A stretch of DNA of 49,845 nucleotides from Candidatus Omnitrophota bacterium. Lineage in GTDB: Bacteria; Omnitrophota; Gorgyraeia; Gygaellales; Profunditerraquicolaceae. The translations under genes and the position numbers were made by a program. The notes under the pieces were generated by a model, which did not search any database, had not been told where the DNA came from, and saw only the letters and a list, made by a program, of their open reading frames with translations. Location: positions 1 through 49,845 of the forward strand of contig JBAZNT010000011.1 of assembly GCA_041649115.1 (NCBI GenBank), read 5' to 3'. Shown here one piece after another: positions 6,950-15,009 of the stretch; the first letter of the stretch is position 1; each line of letters starts with the position of its first letter.

Positions 6950-8089
6950 ATGCCGTTTGCGATCAGGAAAATTCCAGATACCTCCGAAAGACTATCGATG
7001 CTTTCGCAGGACTCCCGTTATGACCTCGCCTGCGCCTGCGCGACCTCCAGGGACGAGCACCGCCGGCGCTCCAGGGATAATCAATGGATATACCCCGTTG
7101 TCCTGCCGAACGGAGGGACAACCTACCTGTTTAAGACCCTCCTTTCCAATGCCTGCGTCAATGATTGCGCATATTGCCCGTTAAGGGCGGAATCAGATAT
7201 CCGGCGCTGTTGGCTGGAGCCGGAGGAATTGGCGAGGACCTTCCTTTCTTATTACCGCGCCCGCCGCGTAAGCGGGCTTTTCTTAAGCAGCGCAGTCAGC
7301 GCAAACCCCGATTACACCATGGAGCGCATCAACCGCACTGCCCTGATCCTGCGCAGGATGCAGTTTAAGGGTTATATCCACCTTAAGATTATCCCGGGCT
7401 CCTCTGCCGCAGCCATCCGGCAGGGCCTTTCATTGGCAAGCGCGGTATCCCTTAATATTGAGACTGCCGGAGAAAACAACTTCAGGCGCCTAAGCACTAG
7501 CAAACATTATATCCGCGATATCATCGAGCCGATAGGGCTCATCAGCCGGCTTACCGCAAAGGGCTCTTGCCATGAAGGCGTCAAGCACACTACCCAGTTT
7601 GTGGTGGGCGCATCGGATGAAACAGACCGGGAGATCATCAGTTACTCCTGGAAATTATACCGGCAGCTGGGTTTGAACCGCGTCTATTTCAGCGCCTACC
7701 AGCGCGGCGCAGGCTCGCCGGATCTGCCGGGAGAGCGCTCCATTTTTTCCAACGATGAGCTATTGACGCGGGAGCACCGTCTTTATCAGACAGATTGGCT
7801 TATCAGGAAATACGGATTCAGGGCAGACGAGATCCCCTTGGGATCCGGAGGCAATCTTTCTCTTGAGGTGGACCCGAAAGAAGCCTGGGCAAGGATGCAT
7901 CCCGAATTTTTTCCGGTGGACCTCAATAAGGATGATAAACGCCGCATGTTGCGCGTGCCGGGATTGGGGCAGGTTGCGCTTGAGCGTATCCTGGAATTGC
8001 GCAGAGAGGGGAAGAAGATCCGCTCCCTTGAAGACCTGGGCAGAGATGGCAGGCTGTTTAGGAAGGCCAGGCCATACGTAACATTTTAG
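6950..8089 (+). CDS. Putative DNA modification/repair radical SAM protein with C-terminal helix-hairpin-helix
   Basis: YDLACAC, CVNDCAYC (CxxxCxxC), GLFLSS, YIHLKIIPG, REHRLYQ.DWL and the LRVPGLG HhH motif. Confidence 0.88.
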   Translation: MPFAIRKIPDTSERLSMLSQDSRYDLACACATSRDEHRRRSRDNQWIYPVVLPNGGTTYLFKTLLSNACVNDCAYCPLRAESDIRRCWLEPEELARTFLSYYRARRVSGLFLSSAVSANPDYTMERINRTALILRRMQFKGYIHLKIIPGSSAAAIRQGLSLASAVSLNIETAGENNFRRLSTSKHYIRDIIEPIGLISRLTAKGSCHEGVKHTTQFVVGASDETDREIISYSWKLYRQLGLNRVYFSAYQRGAGSPDLPGERSIFSNDELLTREHRLYQTDWLIRKYGFRADEIPLGSGGNLSLEVDPKEAWARMHPEFFPVDLNKDDKRRMLRVPGLGQVALERILELRREGKKIRSLEDLGRDGRLFRKARPYVTF

Positions 8090-8097
8090 AAGATAAG

Positions 8098-8526
8098 ATG
8101 AAGATAAAGATTTCCGCAAGGATGGCGTTGAGGATAACGATAACGGCGATATTGGCGATTTTGTTTATCTTCGCCAATTTCGTTACCGTCAGGCGCATGG
8201 GGTATTACGCTATTGAGGCAAATTTTTACGACGAGCTCTCCGTAGCGTATAATACCGGGGGCACGGATGGCCTTAAGAAGGAATTGGACAGGATTGCGCT
8301 AAGCGCCAAGATGAATCGCAAGCGGGCAATGGCAGAGGAGTTTAAGGTACGGCTCAAGGACCTTGGCGACCCCCGGGGGCTTATCCAGCGCTCTTTATCC
8401 GAGGATATGAAGAAGATAGCGTTGTTCAGGAACCTGCGCAGCGCGGCAATCGGGATACTGGCAATAATACTGATATTCAGGATTTCTGCCAGACTCAGGA
8501 TTTTAAGGAGCAGAAAAAAGGGCTAA
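8098..8526 (+). CDS. Hypothetical two-TM membrane protein
   Basis: Hydrophobic segments at both ends flank a charged soluble region; the ORF fills the gap between neighbouring genes. Confidence 0.65.
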   Translation: MKIKISARMALRITITAILAILFIFANFVTVRRMGYYAIEANFYDELSVAYNTGGTDGLKKELDRIALSAKMNRKRAMAEEFKVRLKDLGDPRGLIQRSLSEDMKKIALFRNLRSAAIGILAIILIFRISARLRILRSRKKG

Positions 8527-8544
8527 GAGGCATAAATTTTTTTC

Positions 8545-8572
8545 TTGACAAAATATGCAAAATGCATATAAT
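8545..8572 (+). promoter_or_regulatory. Sigma70-type promoter of the efflux operon
   Basis: TTGACA-16 nt-TATAAT. Confidence 0.8.
8553..8569. promoter_or_regulatory. Palindromic operator 1 (TATGC-N5-GCATA)
   Basis: ATATGCA-AAA-TGCATAT lies inside the promoter spacer and overlaps the -10. Confidence 0.7.
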
Positions 8573-8616
8573 TGTATTATAAAGTTATATAATTATATTT
8601 ATAATTAATACGATTA

Positions 8617-8631
8617 TATGCTTAATGCATA
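8617..8631. promoter_or_regulatory. Palindromic operator 2 (TATGC-N5-GCATA)
   Basis: TATGC-TTAAT-GCATA lies just before the GAGAGG SD and repeats the core of operator 1. Confidence 0.65.
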
Positions 8632-8643
8632 CGAGAGGACGGG

Positions 8644-10194
8644 ATGGCGATAGGGCTTTTAAGCAAGAACAAGCTCAAACTCCTTAAGTTTTTTTATGAC
8701 CATCCGGATAGGGAGTATTACATCCAGGAACTCGGCCGGCTCCTGGGGAAGAAGCCCGGCGTATTCCAGCGGGCATTGAATGACCTCCATGACAGGCGCC
8801 TGCTCCTGAGCGAATATAAGGCCAATGCCAGGTTTTTTAAAGTCAACACCCGCCACCCCATCTACAACGAATTAAAAAGTATCATATCCAAGTCTCTGAA
8901 GTCCTGCGTTGTCCTGTGCTTATTATGGCTGCCGCTTTTGCACGCCGAAGACCAGCCGTTTAGCCTTACCGCTGCCGTAAAAATCGCCTTCCAGAACAAT
9001 AAGGATATCCAGATGCAGGAGAGGGAGATTGAGGCGGCAAAGGCCGGTATCCTTGAGGCTACCAGCCGGTTTCTGCCCAAGATAAACCTTGAGGGCGGCT
9101 ATACCCGTAACGACAAGGTCTGGGCAGAGAACATATTTACCGGCTATAAGAACGACAACCAGCTGGCCCTGACCTTTACGGAGAACCTCTACAGCGGCGG
9201 CGCAAACATCTCAAGCTACAAGCAGGCGATGCTTACCCTGAGGGCGCAGGAGGAGACCTTGCGCGCCAAGAAGCTGGACGTGGAATTCGACGCCAAGCGG
9301 CTCTACTACGGCCTGCTCCTTGCCTACGAGACAGAGCGTATTGCCCGCGAGACACTGGAGCAGTCCAAGGCGCATTATTCGGATGTCAAGCACCGCTTCA
9401 GCCAGGGGACTTCATCGCGTTTTGACGTCTTGCAATCCGGGGTGCAGGTTTCTCTGCTCGTGCCTAACCTGGTAAAGGCGAGCAATGAGATAAGAATAAT
9501 CAAGGCGGACCTGAATAAGCTCCTGGGCCGCAATGTCGATACAGCGATTGAGACGCGCGAACTGCTTGGCTACAGCGCCATTGAGGTCAAGGAGCAGGAA
9601 TTTCTTAAGACCGCTTATCTTAATAAGCCGGAGATGATGCTCAAAACCCTGGGGGTAGATATCAATAAATGGTCCATCCAGATGGCCAAGTCCGGATACA
9701 GGCCGCAGCTGGACCTGAACGCAGCTTATAGCTACCGCTCCAATAACATCGGCAACCTTATTAATAAGGAACACGGTAACTGGAATGCCGGATTCAGCTT
9801 TAGCGTTCCGATATTTGAAGGGTTTTCCACCAAGGCCAAGGTAGAGGAGGCCAGGGCGCGCTATGCCGAGGCGCTGATAAGCAAGGATAACCTCTCCGAC
9901 CAGATTGCCGTGGATATACGCCGGGCCTGCCTGAATCTTAACGAAGCAGAGTCGATTATAAATTCCCAGAAGGACCACGTAGGAGAGGCGAGGGAGGCGT
10001 TGAAGATTGCCGAGGTCAGTTATGACAGCGGCGTTGCCAAGAACCTCGACGTCCTGGATGCGCAGGTCTCGCTCGGCCAGATTCAGCAGAACCTTGCTTC
10101 GGCAATTTACGACTACCTGATGGCCGAGGCCTATCTGGCAAGGAGTATGGGGGAGAGCGTCATTAAGGAGGAAAAAAATGAAAAAGAAGATTAG
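8644..10194 (+). CDS. Winged-helix DNA-binding domain fused to a signal peptide and a TolC-family outer-membrane efflux protein
   Basis: aa 1-84 are wHTH-like (HPDREYYIQELGRLL...FQRALNDL...NARFFKVN..HPIYNEL). aa 86-101 are signal-like (KSCVVLCLLWLPLLHA). The remainder shows two TolC repeats ending in YDYLMAEAYL. Single uninterrupted frame. Confidence 0.85.
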   Translation: MAIGLLSKNKLKLLKFFYDHPDREYYIQELGRLLGKKPGVFQRALNDLHDRRLLLSEYKANARFFKVNTRHPIYNELKSIISKSLKSCVVLCLLWLPLLHAEDQPFSLTAAVKIAFQNNKDIQMQEREIEAAKAGILEATSRFLPKINLEGGYTRNDKVWAENIFTGYKNDNQLALTFTENLYSGGANISSYKQAMLTLRAQEETLRAKKLDVEFDAKRLYYGLLLAYETERIARETLEQSKAHYSDVKHRFSQGTSSRFDVLQSGVQVSLLVPNLVKASNEIRIIKADLNKLLGRNVDTAIETRELLGYSAIEVKEQEFLKTAYLNKPEMMLKTLGVDINKWSIQMAKSGYRPQLDLNAAYSYRSNNIGNLINKEHGNWNAGFSFSVPIFEGFSTKAKVEEARARYAEALISKDNLSDQIAVDIRRACLNLNEAESIINSQKDHVGEAREALKIAEVSYDSGVAKNLDVLDAQVSLGQIQQNLASAIYDYLMAEAYLARSMGESVIKEEKNEKED

Positions 10195-11011
10195 GCTTAT
10201 TATTATAATTGCTGCGGTTTTTATCGCGGGTTTCTCCGCAGCATACATCATAGAAAAAGATAAATCCAGGCATGAAAAGTTCATCAAGGTCTCCGGTAAT
10301 ATCGAAGGCGACGACGTGCGCATCTCCTTCCGCGTCAACGGCCAGATATTGGAGCTCCTTAGCGATGAAGGAAAGGTAATCCGCAAGGGGGATATCGTGG
10401 CGCGCCTGAATACTGACGAGCTCAGCAAGGTCAAGGCGAATGCCGAGGCAGCCCTGAAAGCCGCAGAATACCAGTATGCCTTATCAAAGATAGATTACGA
10501 GAGGGCGGTGAGCCTGCTTAAGGTCGGCGCAATATCGGTGCAGGACCGCGATAATGCCAAGACTAAATTTGACGCTGACCTTGCCAATGTGGAGCAGTTA
10601 AAGGCTCAGCTGGAACTGGCGGATACCCGGCTGGGGTTTGCGGACCTGGCTTCCCCTTTAGACGGTTTCGTGCTGGTGAAGGGTTCCCTGGCAGGAGAGG
10701 TAGTCCAGCCGGGGACACCCGTATTTACTGCCGTAGACCTGCATAATGTCTGGGTTACCGCCTACATCAACGAGACTGACCTGGGGAGGGTGAAGCTTAA
10801 CCAGGAGGCCTACGTTACCACCGATACCTACGCCGGCAAGAAATACAAAGGAAGGGTTTCCTTTATCTCCAGCGAGGCTGAATTTACCCCCAAGTTTATC
10901 CAGACGCAGGAAGAGAGGGTTAAGCTCGTTTATCGCATAAAAGTGAGAGCGGATAACGAAAGCCTGGACCTGAAACCCGGAATGCCGGCAGACGCCTACA
11001 TCATCGAATAA
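10178..11011 (+). CDS. HlyD-family periplasmic adaptor (YbhG-like)
   Basis: N-terminal anchor, SGNIEG, lipoyl-like halves, and SEAEFTPK.IQT.EER.KLVYRIK. Confidence 0.9.
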   Translation: MKKKIRLIIIIAAVFIAGFSAAYIIEKDKSRHEKFIKVSGNIEGDDVRISFRVNGQILELLSDEGKVIRKGDIVARLNTDELSKVKANAEAALKAAEYQYALSKIDYERAVSLLKVGAISVQDRDNAKTKFDADLANVEQLKAQLELADTRLGFADLASPLDGFVLVKGSLAGEVVQPGTPVFTAVDLHNVWVTAYINETDLGRVKLNQEAYVTTDTYAGKKYKGRVSFISSEAEFTPKFIQTQEERVKLVYRIKVRADNESLDLKPGMPADAYIIE

Positions 11012-11014
11012 CCA

Positions 11015-11755
11015 ATGATTGCCATCAAGACCGAGGACCTTACCCGTAAATTCGGCAGTCTCACTGCGCTTGATAGCCTGAATCTCCAGGTTCAGGAGGG
11101 GGAGATCTTCGGACTGGTCGGCCCGGACGGCGCAGGAAAGACCACTACCATGCGACTTCTTACCGGGATACTCAATCCCAGCGCAGGGGAGGCCTGGGTT
11201 TACAATAAACATACCGTAAGAGAGGCGGAGCCGTTGAAGGAGCACATCGCCTATATGTCCCAGCGTTTCGGGCTTTATGAGGAGTTAAGCGTCCTGGAGA
11301 ATATCAACTTTTACGCTGATGTCTACGGGGTTGCCAAAGAGAAGCGCAACGAGACGATAGAGCGGCTGCTTGGTTTTTCCGGCCTCTTGCCTTTTAAGGA
11401 GCGTTTCGCCGGCAAGCTCTCCGGCGGGATGAAGCAGAAATTAGGCCTGGCCTGCGCACTTATCCATACCCCGCGCGTCCTTTTCCTGGATGAGCCTACC
11501 AACGGAGTAGACCCGGTTTCAAGAAGGGACTTCTGGAACATCCTCTATGACCTGCTTAAGGAGAAGGTCACCATTTTCTGTTCTACCTCTTATCTCGACG
11601 AAGCCGAGCGCTGCCGCAGGGTGGGCCTGATACACAAAGGAAAACTGCTGCGTTGCGATTTTCCGGACAGCATCAAAAAGGAATGTAATGTCAAGACCCT
11701 GGAGCAGGCATTTATCCAGATAATCAAAGATTATGAAAGAGAGCACTCCCAATAA
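11015..11755 (+). CDS. ABC transporter ATP-binding protein (efflux, first NBD)
   Basis: GPDGAGKTT, LSGGMKQ and LFLDEPT; SY replaces the H-loop His. Confidence 0.92.
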   Translation: MIAIKTEDLTRKFGSLTALDSLNLQVQEGEIFGLVGPDGAGKTTTMRLLTGILNPSAGEAWVYNKHTVREAEPLKEHIAYMSQRFGLYEELSVLENINFYADVYGVAKEKRNETIERLLGFSGLLPFKERFAGKLSGGMKQKLGLACALIHTPRVLFLDEPTNGVDPVSRRDFWNILYDLLKEKVTIFCSTSYLDEAERCRRVGLIHKGKLLRCDFPDSIKKECNVKTLEQAFIQIIKDYEREHSQ

Positions 11756-12698
11756 TATCGCGGTAAGCGTCCGGGAGCTGGAGAAGAGATTCGGGAATTT
11801 TACCGCCGTCAACCGCATCAGCTTTGAAGTGCGCCAGGGCGAGATTTTCGGGTTCCTCGGCCCCAACGGAGCGGGAAAATCCACTACCATCAGGATGCTC
11901 TGCGGGATTATACCTCCTACCTCCGGCAGCGGGCAGGTGGGGGGTTACGACATTATCAGAGAGCAGCATAACATCAAAGAGCACATCGGGTACATGTCCC
12001 AGAAGTTCTCGCTTTATGACGATTTGACGGTTGAGGAGAATATAAATTTTTACAGCGGCATATACAAGATCCCGGCCAAAGATAGAAAGGAACGTTTTGA
12101 GGCGGCCCTGCGCACCGCAGGGCTGGAGGGTATGGGCGGCAGGCTTACCTCTACGCTTTCCGGAGGGTGGAAGCAGCGCCTGGCGCTGGGATGTGCGCTG
12201 CTGCATAGGCCCAGGATAATATTTCTCGATGAGCCGACCTCGGGCGTTGACCCCATTACCCGCGCCAATTTCTGGGCGGTTATCAAACAGATGGCTGCCG
12301 AGGGCGTCACCGTATTCGTGACCACCCATTATATGGACGAGGCGGAAAATACCGACCGCATGGTTTTGATCTATCGCGGCACTATCATTGCCCATGGCAG
12401 CCCCGAGGAAATGAAACTCAATGTCATGAAACACGAGGTGCTGGAGATCGCGATATCCAATTCCCAGGACTGGCTGGAGAGGGTGGGCGGCATAGAGGGG
12501 GTTAAAGAGGCGGCGCTTTTCGGGGCGACCATCCATGCGGTAGTTTACGATAGCTCCAAGGCAATACCGGCGATAAAGGCATCCCTGGAGAAGGAAGATG
12601 CAGGGGATTTCAGCATCAACAAGATACTTCCTTCGCTGGAAGACGTATTCGTCTCTTCGATAGAGAGCTATGACCATGCCGAACCTAAAAAGAATTAA
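11733..12698 (+). CDS. ABC transporter ATP-binding protein (efflux, second NBD, C-terminal extension)
   Basis: GPNGAGKST, LSGGWKQ, FLDEPTSG, TTHY and C-terminal PSLEDVF. Confidence 0.92.
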   Translation: MKESTPNNIAVSVRELEKRFGNFTAVNRISFEVRQGEIFGFLGPNGAGKSTTIRMLCGIIPPTSGSGQVGGYDIIREQHNIKEHIGYMSQKFSLYDDLTVEENINFYSGIYKIPAKDRKERFEAALRTAGLEGMGGRLTSTLSGGWKQRLALGCALLHRPRIIFLDEPTSGVDPITRANFWAVIKQMAAEGVTVFVTTHYMDEAENTDRMVLIYRGTIIAHGSPEEMKLNVMKHEVLEIAISNSQDWLERVGGIEGVKEAALFGATIHAVVYDSSKAIPAIKASLEKEDAGDFSINKILPSLEDVFVSSIESYDHAEPKKN

Positions 12699-13809
12699 GG
12701 CAGTGGCCTGGAAGGAGTTTATCCAGATAAGGCGCGACCCGCGTTCGCTCTCGCTGGCCTTGGCAATTCCGATTTTCATGCTTTTGATTTTCGGTTACGG
12801 GCTTTCCCTGGACATCGATAAGGTGCGCACCATAGTCTGGAACCAGGACTCCTCGCAGTTCTCGCAGGACTTCCTCCTCAATTTCAAAAATTCCAAGTAT
12901 TTTAAAATAGTCGAATACACGGATAATTACCGGGATATCGAACGTAAGATTGACAAGGGCGACGTGCTGATGGCGCTCATTATCCCCAAGGACTTTTCCC
13001 GTTACATCAGGTCCGGAAAGACCGCTCCCCTGCAGTTGATAGTGGACGGCAGCGACGCAAACACCGCTACCATTGCCATGGGGTACGTGCGTTCGGTAGT
13101 TTCGCAGTACAACGTGAACCTGATGGCCAATACCTTTGCCAGGCACGGCCTTAACCCTCCCAAAACTATAGATGCGCGGCCGAGGGTCTGGTTTAATATG
13201 GGCCTGACCAGCACCTGGTTTATCACCCCCGGCGTTATCGCGATGATTATCATGATTATCTCGGCGCTCCTGACGTCCCTTACCGTTGCGCGGGAATGGG
13301 AGAGGGGAACGATGGAGCAGCTTATCTCTACCCCGGTAAAGGCGCCCGAGCTGATTATCGGAAAATTCATCCCTTATTTTACGATTGCCTTTTTTGACCT
13401 TACGGTCGGGGTGCTGATGGCGAGGCTTTTATTCGGAGTCCCTTTCAGGGGAAATTACCTGGTGCTCCTGGTTTTAAGCATTCTGTTTTTGACCGGCGCA
13501 TTATCGCAGGGGATATTGATTTCCATAGTCGCCAGGACCCAGCTTATGGCAAGCCAGCTGGCGGCATTGACCACGCTCCTGCCTACGGTACTCCTGTCGG
13601 GTTTTATCTATCCGATTTTTAACATGCCTAAGTTTATACAGGCAGTTACCTATCTTATTCCGGCGCGCTATTACATCGTGGTATTGAGGGAGTTATTTCT
13701 GAAAGGGGCGGGTATCTCCGACATGACGGATGAGGCGCTCTTTTTGTTTTTATTCGCTTCTATAATGCTGACACTGGCGATGAGAAGGTTCAAGAAGAAG
13801 GTGGCCTAA
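12676..13809 (+). CDS. ABC-2 type permease (YbhS-like)
   Basis: KEFIQIRRD, DGSDANTA, AREWERGTMEQL and LSGFIYPI. ATG 12676 is better spaced from the SD than 12670. Confidence 0.9.
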   Translation: MPNLKRIKAVAWKEFIQIRRDPRSLSLALAIPIFMLLIFGYGLSLDIDKVRTIVWNQDSSQFSQDFLLNFKNSKYFKIVEYTDNYRDIERKIDKGDVLMALIIPKDFSRYIRSGKTAPLQLIVDGSDANTATIAMGYVRSVVSQYNVNLMANTFARHGLNPPKTIDARPRVWFNMGLTSTWFITPGVIAMIIMIISALLTSLTVAREWERGTMEQLISTPVKAPELIIGKFIPYFTIAFFDLTVGVLMARLLFGVPFRGNYLVLLVLSILFLTGALSQGILISIVARTQLMASQLAALTTLLPTVLLSGFIYPIFNMPKFIQAVTYLIPARYYIVVLRELFLKGAGISDMTDEALFLFLFASIMLTLAMRRFKKKVA

Positions 13810-13811
13810 AG

Positions 13812-14939
13812 ATGTTTGAGAGGGTATTGGCAATACTCAGAAAGGAATTCAAGCAGATCTTCCGCGACCCCAGGATGAAAACCATCATCTTCATCACCCC
13901 GCTGATGCAGATACTTCTTTTCGGCTACGCCGCCAACAAAGACATCAACTATATCCCCACCGCCATTTATGACCGGGATAATACCAAGGAGAGCCGCCAA
14001 CTGTTGCGCGATTTTACCTACTCCAAGTATTTCATACCGAAGGATTATATTTATACCGACCAGCAACAGAATGATGTCCTTGACAAGGGGCGGGACAGTG
14101 TGGTCATCCGCATTGACCGGGGTTTTGGCCGCGACCTGAGGGCAGGTAAAGACGCAAACATCCAATTGGCATACGACGGCACAGATTCCAATACCGCTAT
14201 GGTGATTATGGGGTATGCCAATACCATTGTTGGAAATTACCAGTACGGGCTTTTGCGTAAGGAAATCGAAAAGAGAGGATGGTCGGATACCATGCCGAAT
14301 GTGGAGCTGAGAGACCGCGCCTGGTTTAACGGCAACCTCATCTCAAGGAATTATTACCTGCCGGGGGTAATCGCTACCATCATAACCATGATGTCGTTGT
14401 TATTGAGTTCCATGGCGATAGTGAAGGAGAAAGAGATCGGCACGATGGAGCAGCTGACCGTCAGCCCCTTAAGGCCGATTGAGCTTATTGTGGGCAAGCT
14501 GCTTCCCTTTGCATTAATCTCGCTTATACAGGTCGTTCTTATTACCGCGCTGGGGGTGTTGTGGTTCAGGATACCGTTAAGGGGAAACCTTATTTTGCTG
14601 TTATTCTCCACCTGCATATATCTTTTTACTACCCTGGGGATAGGGCTTTTCATTTCTACCATATCCGCAACGCAGCAGGAGGCGATGATGTCGGTCTTCC
14701 TTTTCTATATGCCGGCAATCCTGCTTTCGGGATTTGCCTACCCTATCGCCAACATGCCTGCGCCCATTCAGTATTTTACCTTTATCAATCCTCTGCGCTA
14801 TTTCCTGGTGGTTGTCAGGAGCATATTCCTTAAGGGCGTGGGGATTGACGTCCTCTGGAGCCAGCTTCTGCCGCTGTTAATCATCGGTTTATTCGTCGTT
14901 ATCCTGAGCACCCTGAAATTCCGCAAGAGCTTAGCGTAG
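13812..14939 (+). CDS. ABC-2 type permease (YbhR-like)
   Basis: KEFKQIFRD, DGTDSNTA, KEKEIGTMEQL and LSGFAYPIANMP. Confidence 0.9.
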   Translation: MFERVLAILRKEFKQIFRDPRMKTIIFITPLMQILLFGYAANKDINYIPTAIYDRDNTKESRQLLRDFTYSKYFIPKDYIYTDQQQNDVLDKGRDSVVIRIDRGFGRDLRAGKDANIQLAYDGTDSNTAMVIMGYANTIVGNYQYGLLRKEIEKRGWSDTMPNVELRDRAWFNGNLISRNYYLPGVIATIITMMSLLLSSMAIVKEKEIGTMEQLTVSPLRPIELIVGKLLPFALISLIQVVLITALGVLWFRIPLRGNLILLLFSTCIYLFTTLGIGLFISTISATQQEAMMSVFLFYMPAILLSGFAYPIANMPAPIQYFTFINPLRYFLVVVRSIFLKGVGIDVLWSQLLPLLIIGLFVVILSTLKFRKSLA

Positions 14940-15009
14940 GGCTGCTCATTTTTATTTTTCTTTCCTTTGTGGTATAATGATGCGGTATTGAGCCAGTCAT
15001 AAAGGCCGG

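Noticed and set aside
9412-12779. Long minus-strand ORFs (9412-10434, 10658-11245, 11724-12779)
   Set aside because: They lie entirely antisense to well-supported efflux genes and read as typical shadow frames. The same applies to 17196-18020, 33280-33960, 41943-42590 and the other antisense track ORFs.
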